A stretch of DNA of 64,000 nt from Podarcis vaucheri. Lineage: Eukaryota. The stretch is taken from assembly GCA_965113315.1 (NCBI GenBank), contig OZ220372.1, one strand, 5' to 3'. Under the pieces are notes generated by a model that was not told where the DNA came from, made no database searches, and saw only the letters and a list, made by a program, of their open reading frames with translations. Numbering within the stretch: the stretch's first letter is position 1; every line of letters begins with the position of its first letter. Made by a program: the position numbers and the translations under genes. Shown here in pieces: positions 1 to 11,422 of this stretch.

Positions 1-286
1 CCCAGGATTTAACTGATCTTTAAAATCATGTCTCTGTGAAAAGGTATTAGGAAGACCTTTGAAATCAGCCAGGAAGCTTTGTGGTGTTCACAAAAAGACA
101 GATGGAAAGGTAGGCAACATCCTTCACTTCGCAGTTTTTGATGTTTGTGTCTTACCAGAAGCACAAAGCTTATGTAGTCATTGTCAATCTGCCAGGATGT
201 GGCGGGGGGCACTCTTCTGTTCTAAACATAATAATAAATAAAAATACTTGGGTTCTCTTCTGTGGGACTTATTAAAACAAAAATAT

Positions 287-1030
287 TCAACTTTAAATGA
301 TTATTTAAATGTATTGGGCGTTTATTCCTCCCAGTCCCCCATCGAGGATCTGGGGAACATCAGGGTTTTCCAGAGTGGTGGGGTGGGGTGGGGATGGGCT
401 GGCTCTGGAGAACATATGTTCAAGCAGAGAGTCCGCCCCCATTACACTGCCATCGCAGGGGAGAGCAATGACAACCTCTCGGCGTACGGCCAAAGCCTCC
501 CCTCAAAACAACCCCTTTAACGGGGAACCCTGGTATCACCGCCGCAAAGAGAAGGGGGCGTCACCGCTACACGCCCTCCCCCAATTTAGGGAAGACAGAC
601 TAAAGGATTCTGCCTAAGGCCTGATACCACCAAAGTTGTGACATTTTGCTACAGGGAAGGCAAACCTGCCAATGCAGGATAATTCCTTTCCGGCCCTTCA
701 ACAGTGACCTTGACATAGCAGCGCCCGCATACCTGTGAAGAAAAGGTTAACCTGCAAAAGAAGTCTTAACTGAGAGTGGGTAGGGTGGGAGAAACTCTGG
801 AGCCAACTGACGATTCCCAGGTAAGATCCTCCCCCTATTGTGTGGGCAGGGTGGTCCCTTCCCCTACCTGGCCTGATCACCTTGGCAACGCCTCCCCAGG
901 TGGGATTGGCTGAGGTAGGCAGAGACCTCCAGGTATCCCACCTGGGGAAGGCGAAGCCAAGCCTGTGCTAATGGTGCTGCATAGGGTCCAGGGGGCTGCA
1001 TGCAACCACATAAAGGGCCACCCCCAATTT
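287..1030 (-). mobile_element. Non-coding repeat unit of about 0.75 kb, putative terminal-repeat remnant of a DIRS/Ngaro-type or LTR retroelement (element A); boundaries approximate
   Basis: GC-rich island sharing ordered motifs with element B: GGTCAC...GG-AATT...TTGGCAG...GCCT(T/A)CC...TAGCAA...TCACAACTTTG...TTAGGCA...TAATCA-n-TAAAGTTG. No coding similarity recognised. Family assignment is inference. Confidence 0.45.
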
Positions 1031-2309
1031 CATGTGGGGAGCAGTCATTGCGTGTGGGGAAGATAGAACAGTGTTGGTTTCTTCACAGTGCTTCCATAAA
1101 GCTTGAAGTTATACAGAACAGGGTTGGTGTTGCTTCTTCGAATTTAGACATTCAGAGAAAAGGCCCCCTCCTAACCTACGTTGCAATAGCAGGCTTTTAC
1201 ATTTGTCAGTATCTCAGCTCACAGTCAGAGGTAACTGGCCTCCCCCGGGCAATTGAGCTGGATACTTTGTTTACCTTCCTTCCTGCTACTCCCGGCAGGC
1301 TAGGTCGTAACTCGGCGATTCTCCTCATTAGACAGACGTGAGAAGAACACACCCTCTGCTTCTCTTTGCTTCTCTCCCTCCCTGCATTCTCCCAGGAAGG
1401 GGAAATGAGACAGACAGGAGTCTATTTACATGTTTTATTCCTGTCATTCAGCAGTACATAGAAACGTGACTGCACCCTTCAGACTCCATCAGAAGAGTCA
1501 CTGCTCCACCCCTGTACTTCCAGCACAGGTCAGATGACACTCTGAGCTAACATCCGGTGCTCAGTACAGAGAATAGACTCCTCCTTTTTGCCAACAGTAC
1601 AGTTTGAAACAACAACATCCTGTTTTGCATTCCAGCCATCTGGAGCTGGCTTTTGCATTGGTGCTTTTTCCCAACAACGTTTACCTAATCTAATGCTTTG
1701 TTGCAATATTTCTGGAAGTGACTCCAAAAATACAATATTATCTTGCATTCTAGGCAAACAGCTGTGCTGTAAGTTTTAAAAAAAGCACGCACCTAAACTG
1801 AAGAGGGAATATCAGATTATTCCATCATCATCTTTTTGACATAAACAACGGATCCATCTGTAAAAGTTCCCTTCCGGCTGTATCCCCTTTAGTATGTTCT
1901 GCATGATATGATTAGCTCGCACAGGAGACCAAGGAGATTCCTTATGCTCTTTCCTCCTTTGAAGTAATATGGAAAGAAGGTTTAATCTAGGTTTAATTAA
2001 CTACCATGAACAATGGGTACATTTCCTTTTAACCTACTGTAACTAGCTTTGAAGAAAAGTCCCTTTTTTAAAGAGCACTTTTTATTTGCACTCCCTCAAT
2101 TTTCCACTAAAAAAAAGATGGCTATTTTTACCTGTCCTGTCTCGACCTTCCGTAGGAGCTCATTGGCACACCAGGTCACCTGAGGGCAATATACACAAGC
2201 AGGTAAGCTTGCTTGGCATGTTGCACATGGCTCTCCTCAATATGCCAGTTGTGGTTTGTCCCCCAGAGTAGCTCTGTGTGATGTGTCACTTCCAGTTGTA
2301 AGAACACTA

Positions 2310-2535
2310 CAGTGGTACCTCAGGTTAAGAACTTAATTTGTTCTGGAGGTCCGTTCTTAAGCTGAAACTGTTCTTAACCTGAGGTACCACTTTAGCTAAT
2401 GGGACCTCCTGCTGCCGCCGCGCTGCCACTGTGCGATTTCTGTTCTCATCCTGAAGCAAAGTTCTTAACCTGAGCTACTATTTCTGGGTTAGCGGAGTCT
2501 GTAACCTGAAGCGTCTGTAATCCAAGGTACCACTG
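2310..2535. mobile_element. Tc1/mariner MITE family 1
   Basis: TIR CAGTGGTACCT / AGGTACCACTG, TA TSD. Near-identical copies at 10461-10702 and 30010-30251. Confidence 0.9.
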
Positions 2536-4149
2536 TACCTTACTCTGTTGCTTGGTATCACAGAGTGCTTCCTAACCCTAGCTAAAGACAAATTACTGAA
2601 TCAGCGCCGGACATGTAAATGGTGGTGTAGCAGTTCACAGAATCAGTCTGTAAGTCGCATCAGCTGTACATACCTTCACCATTTTGTCCTCAGAATGAAG
2701 GAGGCTAGGGGAGAAATTTACTGGCCTAACGCTGCATGGTGAACTACATGGCTAGTAGAAAGGGGAGATTGAAAAGTATGAAATTAAAGAAATATGTAAT
2801 GCCTGATTGTGCTTAGATATGCATTTTTAACATCATAGACACTTTTTTGCTATTTGCATCTAACTCTCTTATAAAATTCCTTTCTTGTTTTGTTTTAGTG
2901 ACTTCTCTGCCTCTGTTTTAACAATGATCCTCATAGGAAGTCCTAGGACTTCAGAGGACAAGGTATGAAGTAGACATTTTTTGTTGGGGATTCTTATCAT
3001 AAAGCTCGGGAGCCCGTGGCCCTCCAGATATTGCTGAGCTCCATTTCCCGCCAGCCCCTGCCAGCATGGCCCATTGATATAGGAAGGTATAATCAGAATT
3101 GTGTTCCAGCAACATCCAGAGGGCACCAGGCTTTCTGTCCCTGCTCTGTATGTTCTGACATGCACACAGAGCTTTGGACAAGTTGGGACAGTTCTGTGTT
3201 GTATAGTACCAGGGATTGCCCTGCATGCACTAGTGATTCAGATTTCCATGCACACTGAAGCCACCAGATCAAATGAGATATGCTTCATGTAGCCAACGAA
3301 GTCCCTGTTTAATTGGGTAATGGGTTCTTCCTAGCTCAGGTAGCTCAACTATGAATTATTTAGAAACAAAAAGCTCCCTCGTGCTCTTGTTTTCCTTACT
3401 TTACGAAGCAGTCTGCCGAATAAGTACCTCAGTAACCGAACTGCTTCTTCCCTTCCCTTCGCATAATCCTAAACCCAACAGGCTCATGTGATTAAAATTA
3501 AATGGAGCAAGAGACTCCTAAAATAGCAGCAGGAACAAGAAGCAATAATCTTAACAGTTTGCAGTGATCACTCAAAATCATTGTAGTGGCTAATGCGGCT
3601 GATTCTTCTGTAAAATAAAAGCAATGGAATTTGTTCACTTGAACTGATAAGACACCCAAAATACTATATCTGTTTTGCTCACCTACATGAAAGTGCCTTT
3701 CATTTAAAATCTGGCCAGTAATGTGGATCAGTTTCAAAACGAAGGAGGAACGCAGTAACTAATGCTGATGAAGAAACTAGGAAGCAAAGAAAGAACCACT
3801 TTCTCAGAGCTTAATTTCTAAAAATAGCCAACAAAATACAGACAGTGTAGCATAGTGTAGTGGTTAGGGAGCTGGACTAAGAACAAAAGGGTTCAAATCC
3901 TCACTCAGCCATCAAGCTCAATGGGTGACCTTCGGCCAGTCACTGTCTCTCAAACTTACCGGTACCTAATTTGCAGGGTTGTTGTGAGGATAAAATGGAG
4001 GAAGGGAGAATGATGTAGGGGTTCCAGTAATATACCTTGATGTTCACTAATCTGAATCTGACTTCTGAGCAGAGAGGTTGCTACCTGTTTTTTTCTCCTC
4101 TCCCTCTGGTATAGCTTTCACAGATCACAGAATGAAGGACTGAAATCCA

Positions 4150-4187
<38 letters not shown>

Positions 4188-7149
4188 CCCCCCCCTCTCT
4201 CTCTCAGCCTGAGGCTGGAGGATGAGATGCAATCCAAAGAGCTGTATTTTCAAGGCTGAGATGTGCTGGGCCTATTTCAAACGCCCCCCCCCCCCAGATG
4301 TGTGGGATTTACCAGTTACTCAGCAGGAGGGAAATGTCACTCTGATACATGCTTCAAAACTTTTTTATTTTTTTTATTGGCTAAATGTTCTGGTAAGCCA
4401 GATTCTGACAGCAAATAATGCTATATCCTGCCTTAAATTAATTTCAGGTATGTAAGATTTACTGGTTAGTAAGCAGTGGGGCAGGGAATACTCTGCATAT
4501 GCCTGAAAGGTCTTTTTTTTTTTGCCCTTTATTATTGCTCTGAATGTTCTAGTAAACATGTGCCATTGAAACCACATTCTTATAATAAATTAAGCTTTTT
4601 CTCAGACCAGCAAGGATTTTAATGAGAGGCTAGTCTGGTACATGATGTGTGGAGAGAAAGGGAGTTCAATTTCTCCCAAACCTTTCTCTCATGGACTCAA
4701 GCAATGTATTGAGCACTGCCTAAAGATGGCGTTATATTGCAGGAAGAGGTTTCAGATTTGGAACTCAAGTATGGAGACAGCTCTTCAAACAAGATTGCAA
4801 GGGAATGTCAGTTCTTTCTTTGATCTCAACTTTAACAAGCAATCTAAACACACACCACTTTTTTTTTTCTTACAAGAAAGCTTTCAAAAGTTTGCATTCT
4901 CAAAAATATCAGTAAGTTGAAGACATACTTTTCCTTCTTTATTGTTTCTGAAATACACGTGCTCCTTTTTCTATAATGAACATGGCTGCACTTCTAAACA
5001 CATCTGGGAATTAGTCCCATGGAACTAAATGAGGTTTACTTCCAAGTAGACATGTAGTGAACCATGCTGTAAATGTTCTATACTTGAAAATGCAAGCCTT
5101 ACCATTCCATAAAAGCTATTCTCATCACAGTGGAAGGAAGAGGGTTTCCAGATTCATATCTATATTCATATGCTGTGCACCGGAACACTACAGCATTTCT
5201 CAAATGCCTCTAACAATCCATCTGTTTGCTCAGGGCTTCTGATCTGAGAGGCAATACAGAGATACAGAGCACTTAAAGAGATATAAACCACAGATTGAGC
5301 CTCTTGTCCTCATTCTGTCCATGCACTTCAAAGAGAGTGAATTCTGAGGTGTCGAATTTAAACAGACTTTCATGTGAATTAGAGGTCATCAAAAGTTCTC
5401 CTTTGAGCCTCCCGAGTTTGCACATATTGTTTTATTGCTAGATTAAAGAATCCTGAAGCTGGGACCAGGACTCATTCTGAACTACTTCACTTCATGACTT
5501 GTTTTTCATTCCCCCTCACCAAATAATTAGGCCTATAAAAAGATGCCAGCAAAGGGGAACGTGTGATCAGCCCCAGCCAGCATAATAAGGGCTAATGTGA
5601 GTTGTAGGCCAGCAAAATCTGGAAAGTCTCACCTTCCTCACCTCTTCTCCAAGCCTTCTTAGCTCCACAGAGAGCTATGTTGAATAAAGTTAGGAGAGCA
5701 GCCCAATAGGAAAGTTTCCCAGTAGGAAAGCAGCCAAAAGTCTGGGATAAGGACCACAAGGAATTCAAAACATTGACAAGCCAAAGTGATGTACGTTGCT
5801 CTGCCTCAAGAGGTTGCTGTGCCGTGAAGATGGGAGTGTGGTTAAGAATTTATGGAGCCTGGATGCTCAATAGATGGGAAACCAAAGATCTGAATGATGG
5901 TTTGCCTATTGTATGTTTGGCAATTTCAAAAGCGTTGTGCTAGAGTTTTCACTATACTTAGCACAGATCATGTTTTGGTATGATGTTCTGTGAGGTTCAA
6001 TGTTCTGCATTGAGTTCATAACTTGTTACCTGTGCATAATGTACAATGCTCTCAAGTTAATAATAGATAGAAAGAGATGGGTCCTTTAAGAATTGAGTTT
6101 TTCCACCCAGCACTAGAACAAAGGTTATATGTATTGCAGCAAATGCTGCTTCAGAGGCTCAGGTTGAAGAGAGCTACCAGGCCCTGGTGTTCACTGTTCC
6201 CTCAGGTTTAGCCAAGGATGATGATGTAGATGATGATTTAAATTTGTATGCCGCCCTTCATCTGAAGATCATCCATGAAGTTATGCTAGCTGGGGCTGAT
6301 GGGAGTTGAAGTCCACAACATCTGGAGGTCAGCATTAGCTACCCTTGAAACAGACTATGAGGACCTGTTCACTGAGACTCTGCAAGGGATAGGTTTCTTG
6401 ATGCTATACCACACCTGATTTCCACAAGAGAGGGGACAACTTAAAAACATGCCTTCTACTGGAAGCCCTTGTCCTCTGTCCTCAGATGTGTAGCTTGAAT
6501 TGTTGTTGATCACATGATCTGAGGCACTCTATGCGTTATTCTTCCACAGCTCCATCAAGGAATAAGCCATCGGGTCATATATTCGGCTGTGATTGAGTCT
6601 ACTGTCTCCAACAACCTATGTATAACAAGGCATGCTTAACTCGCATTGAAATCAGTGCTGTTAGGGCCTGTCAGGATTGTGTACATATGGCACCCAAGCC
6701 TATGGCAGCACTGTTGTTTATCGACTTGAAATGTCTTGTTTTGCATGGTTTCTTCCAGTTCTATTAGCAAATTCCCTGTTGTTCTAAAACTGTGATTTGA
6801 GATGGCATGCCTAGGCCATAAGAGAGCTAGATGAAAACTTCACCTATCACGCTTTAAACTATTAAGAAGGAAATGTAGCTATTGGTGTTGATTAAGGTTT
6901 TATCTGTCACCATGATGTTTCTTGTCTATGAAAGAGAAATGTTTTTATGCTCCATCAGAGCATGTCAATGGAGCCTTCAACCACTAGCAAATGCCACGAT
7001 GCAGAATGTAACATTCCTGCCCAGTCTGCTCAGAATGCAGCGATAGGAGAGAGAACACAAGCCTAGCCTCTAGCCACTGAAAAGGCAAAGTTCATGATGA
7101 AGCAGTTTCCAGAGGGGGGGGCATGTTTGATGTTTTTGTGGCAAGTCTA

Positions 7150-7220
7150 AGAGTCCAGTGGCACCTTAAAGACTAAAGGAGTTGATCTGAAAAGTGCCAC
7201 AAGATTCTTGGTTGTTTTTC
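7150..7220. mobile_element. Degenerate inverted Penelope terminal remnants
   Basis: GTGGCACCTTAAAGACTAA ... AAGTGCCACAAGATTC resembles the end of the PLE at 15421-15445, in both orientations. Confidence 0.4.
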
Positions 7221-8532
7221 CATTAAACAGGTTAGGCTAGACTCCTGCAGCAGATGTACTTGCTATCAGTAAGTTGACATGTGGTGAGGATTCATTCATT
7301 ACTGATATCATTAGTAGTAGTAGTAGTGGTAGTAGTAGTAATTCAATTTCTTACCTATTCTTCAGCATAAGGTCCGATAGTGGGTTACAGAAATTTAAAA
7401 ATACAATATTAAAAACAGTTCAGTACAAATCACAGTCACGTGGTTATAGTGTGGCTTAAAAATATACATCTCAAGAGGTGTGTCTTCAGCATATAATGGA
7501 AACTATATAATGAAGGTGTTCCATCTTATCAATGCATGAGCCATGCCTTTGCCCATGCAAACAAAGTTATATTATTTTCAAATATTTCCTTAGTTGTGCA
7601 TCACAATTGTTGTGGTCACTGACCATAAGCAGTGACTGGGCATTTCTAAACCTCATTTCCACGCTGTACATGCTAAGAATGGAATAGACATGTTGGAATC
7701 CTTATTGCATTCAAACAGTTTAAAAGCAATCCTGAAAATGACATGAAATTTTAAAGTTTTCCTGCCTACTAATATATTAAGGGAAAGACAGCTAATGTAT
7801 TACTGAAACATAATGGAAAAATCAAGCCACAACTACTCATTTAATCTGAGTGATCAAAAGACTTGCACCTTGCCTTCAGTCTAATCAGTCCTCCTTGATT
7901 CCAGTTATTTTAAAACACTATTTACAAAAATAGCACCATAATTGAGTCTAATTATGGTTTTTAAGAATCTAGGCTTAGGATGATGTTCCCAAAGCGCTTT
8001 AGGTTTACTCTTGTTTGCCTTTTTTATTTCCTTCCCAAACTTCTAAAGTTAGCATGGGGTAACTGGAAAACTCATCTGATTCTTTTCACAGTATTTGCTT
8101 CTACACAAGGCAATAGACTGACTATTCAGCACTGCAGATAAGATGATCTCAGAGAACTGAAAGTGTAGACAGGGCAATCTCAGAGAAGTGGACAAAGTGG
8201 AAAGGCAAATGCCAGGCAATTGAAAAATGGCAGTTTAAGTATCAGCAGACTAGGGAGAGAGAAAAGGTGTGATAAGACCTAAAAAGGCCTTTGCAATAGG
8301 TATAGAACATCACTAGCAAATTCCAGGAAGTGGTATGAAATGTGATGGGAGAAGCATGTTTCCTACTTCTGTGCTGTTGCCAAAGAAAAATCCAAGGGTC
8401 ATAGCCAGTGTTGGTGCTATTCAAAATAAACCCATTGAAATTAATGGACATGACTAACTCAGGTCCACTAATTGCAATGGGTGTACTCTGAGTTGTTGAC
8501 AACAATCCCAAATTCATCAGAAGAAGTTGTGG

Positions 8533-8564
<32 letters not shown>

Positions 8565-8574
8565 AATTTTCCAT

Positions 8575-9320
8575 TTTTTTCCTTCAAAATTACATTATAA
8601 GAGATATCAAAATTCACCAATCTCAATTACCCACCCCCCCCCCGGACTTCCCTCAACTTTATTTTGTGGTTTATTTTAACACAATGTCAATTCCTGCTTC
8701 TTTCCTTTCCATTCATTTTTTCTATTTAATCTTATAACTTATATAAATTTTATTATTTGTAAATGTTTCCTCAAAACCTGCTAATGAGTCCAATTCCTTG
8801 CATTGTTTCTGTAAATAAGCCATAAATGGTTCCCAGTCTTCTTTAAAGGATTTTTTGTCCTTATTTCGTAATCTGTCAGTTTTGCCATTTCAGCATATTC
8901 TGTAAGTTTTTCTTGCCATTCTTCTTTCGTTGGTATTTTATCGCTTTTCCATCTTTGTGCCAACAACATCATTACCGCCCTTGTAGAATACATAAAAAGC
9001 CTGTGTTTTCCCCTTAGTAAATCTTGACCTAATATTCCTAACAAAAAGGCTTCTGGGGTTTTTTACAAAAGTTATCTTAAACATTTTTTTCATTTCATTA
9101 TATATCTTTTCCCAATAATTTTAACTACTTTACAATTCCACCATAAATGATAAAAAGTGTATTCCTTCTCTTTACATTTCCAACACTTATTGGAGCTTGA
9201 TCTGTACATTTTTGCTATTTTCACTGGTGTGATATGCCACCAGTACATCATTTTCATATAATTCTCTTTTAATAGTATACAATCAGTAAATTTCAAATTT
9301 GCTCTTCATAATTTCATCCA
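8575..9320 (-). mobile_element. L1/Tx1-clade LINE 3' fragment
   Basis: Frameshifted ORF2 C-terminus with zinc knuckle CWKC...HLWWNC and WK...P...W motif; AT-rich 3' UTR and A tail. Confidence 0.8.
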
Positions 9321-9609
9321 TAAGGTGTGGTCTTCATCAGCTTGAATAGCTTTAAAAGATAATAGGACAAATTCATGGAGGATCAGGCTGCCAGTGGCTC
9401 CTGGCCAAAATGGGTATGTTCACCTTCCACTGTGAGAGGCAAGTGCCCCACCAGTTGCACGAAATTGCAGATGGAGAGATCAAGAGGTCTTGCTTGTGGG
9501 TTTTCCATAAGCATCTGACTGGCAACTATGGTAACTGGATTAGTTGGGGCTTTAGGCTGACCCAGCAAGACTCTTTCAAAGGACTATTTCCAAGAGTAAT
9601 GCATGAGAT

Positions 9610-9963
9610 TGTTGTTGTTGTCGTTCAGTCGTTTAGTCGTGTCCGACTCTTCATGACCCCATGGACCAGAGCACGCCAGGCACTCCTGTCTTCCACTGCC
9701 TCCCAGAACTTGATCAAACTCATATTCGTAGCTTCGAGAACACTGTCCAACCATCTCGTCCTCTGTTGTCCCCTTCTCCTTGTGCCCTCCATCTTTCCCA
9801 ACATCAGGGTCTTTTCCAGGGAGTCTTCTCTTCTCATGAGGTGGCCAAAGTATTGGAGCCTCAGCTTCAGGATCTGTCCTTCCAGTGAGCACTCAGGGCT
9901 GATTTCCTTAAGAATGGATAGGTTTGATCATCTTGCAGTCCATGGGACTCTCAAGAGTCTCTT
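9610..9963 (-). mobile_element. BovB 3' fragment (5'-truncated)
   Basis: Near-identical to 55868-56220, with a (CAA)n tail. 11-bp TSD ATGCATGAGAT at 9599-9609 and 9964-9974. Confidence 0.93.
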
Positions 9964-10460
9964 ATGCATGAGATAAGTGACCCCAAATCTAGGGAGGCCC
10001 CCCAATACATCATTGTTGTGCTGCAAAAATTTTCCACTAACACCTGCACAATAGTTAATGGAATAGCCGTAATGTGTTTTCTTCTCCCAGTCACAATTCT
10101 TTGGCTCTGAGCCAAAGTTTTGATTGTCTGCACCAAAGAATGATAGGGGGTGGGATATTCCTTAATTTTCACCACTTCAAACCAATTTTAATTGCATGGC
10201 TGTTATCTAATACCTGAGAGTCCTATAATCAAATTTTACAGAGTTATCTTTAGAACATATTTTTGCAACTTGGGCATTTGAACAAGTTTTCAAGTGCATA
10301 GATTCAGTACTAGAGGGACACACCATCTTGATTACTGACACATCGGTATAAGCTTATCACCAAAAGCCTTTATTAATAATATGCAGCATTTCTACAACAT
10401 TTTGGAGTGTTTATTTTCTCAGTAATTGTGACAACAAACCTGTAGGGTGGGGCAGCACGA

Positions 10461-10702
10461 CAGTGGTACCTCTGGTTACGTACTTAATTCGTTCCGGAGG
10501 TACATTCTTAACCTGAAACTGTTCTTAACCTGAAGCACCACTTTAGCTAATGGGGCCTCCCACTGCTGCCGCGCCGCCACCGCGCGATTTCTATTCTCAT
10601 CCTGAAGCAAAGTTCTTAACCCGAGGTACTATTTCTGGGTTAGCGGAGTCTGTAACCTGAAGCGTATGTAACCTGAAGCGTATGTAACCCAAGGTACCAC
10701 TG
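10461..10702. mobile_element. Tc1/mariner MITE family 1
   Basis: Same TIRs and interior as 2310-2535. Confidence 0.9.
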
Positions 10703-11019
10703 TATTATATCCAGGTTGCAAACAGGGAGAGAGCTGAGAGAACAGTGACTTGCTTGATGATGAGACTGAACCCAGATTTTGGTTTACAGCTGAGAATGTC
10801 ATCCACAATTTTATCGAAGCTCACATAACCTTATTGCATTACTATAAATCATAATGATGCAATTTTCTTGTCAGTAACACAATTTCAAAAAAATAAAATA
10901 TGTTTTCATTCCAGAGCATTCCTACCCATTGGAGAGTTCTAAGAGGTTTGTTGGGTTATGATGTTATGAGTAGACATGATTACTTATAATATGAAAGTCA
11001 GTCAAATGAAAAATGTGAG

Positions 11020-11422
11020 ATTGAACACCACCATTTGTGGCGGGGGAGGAATCTCAGTCATCCAATGAAGCCAAATGGTGGGAAATTCAGGACAGACGAA
11101 AAGAAGTTCTTCTTCACATAGAACATGCTTCAACTATGGAACTCACTTGCGCAAGATATGTTGGTAGTCACCAACTGCAACAGATAAAAAGGGGGCTTAG
11201 GCAAATTAATGACAGAGAAAGCTATCAATGGCTACTAGTCAGGGTATGTATATACTGCTTCCAGGATCAGAGGCAACATATTATTGGGGAACAGCAGCAG
11301 AAGATGACTATAGCCCTCATGTTCTTCTTGAGGACTTATCACAGGCATCTTGCTGACCACTGTGGAAAAGAGGATGCTGAACTAGATAAGCCTTTGATCC
11401 AGCAGGGCTCTTGTTATGTTCT
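11020..11422 (+). mobile_element. CR1-type LINE 3' fragment
   Basis: ATTCAGGACAGAC-AAAGAAGT-CTTCTTCAC...GGCATCT-GCTGACCACTGTGG...GATCCAGCAGGGCTCTTGTTATGTTCTTA; related copies at about 9330-9575 and 21630-21940. Confidence 0.7.

Noticed and set aside
9410-9976. 188-aa and other long ORFs over repeats (also 11037-11636, 55907-56359, 56439-56846)
   Set aside because: Antisense or chance frames over BovB and CR1 fragments; not genes.
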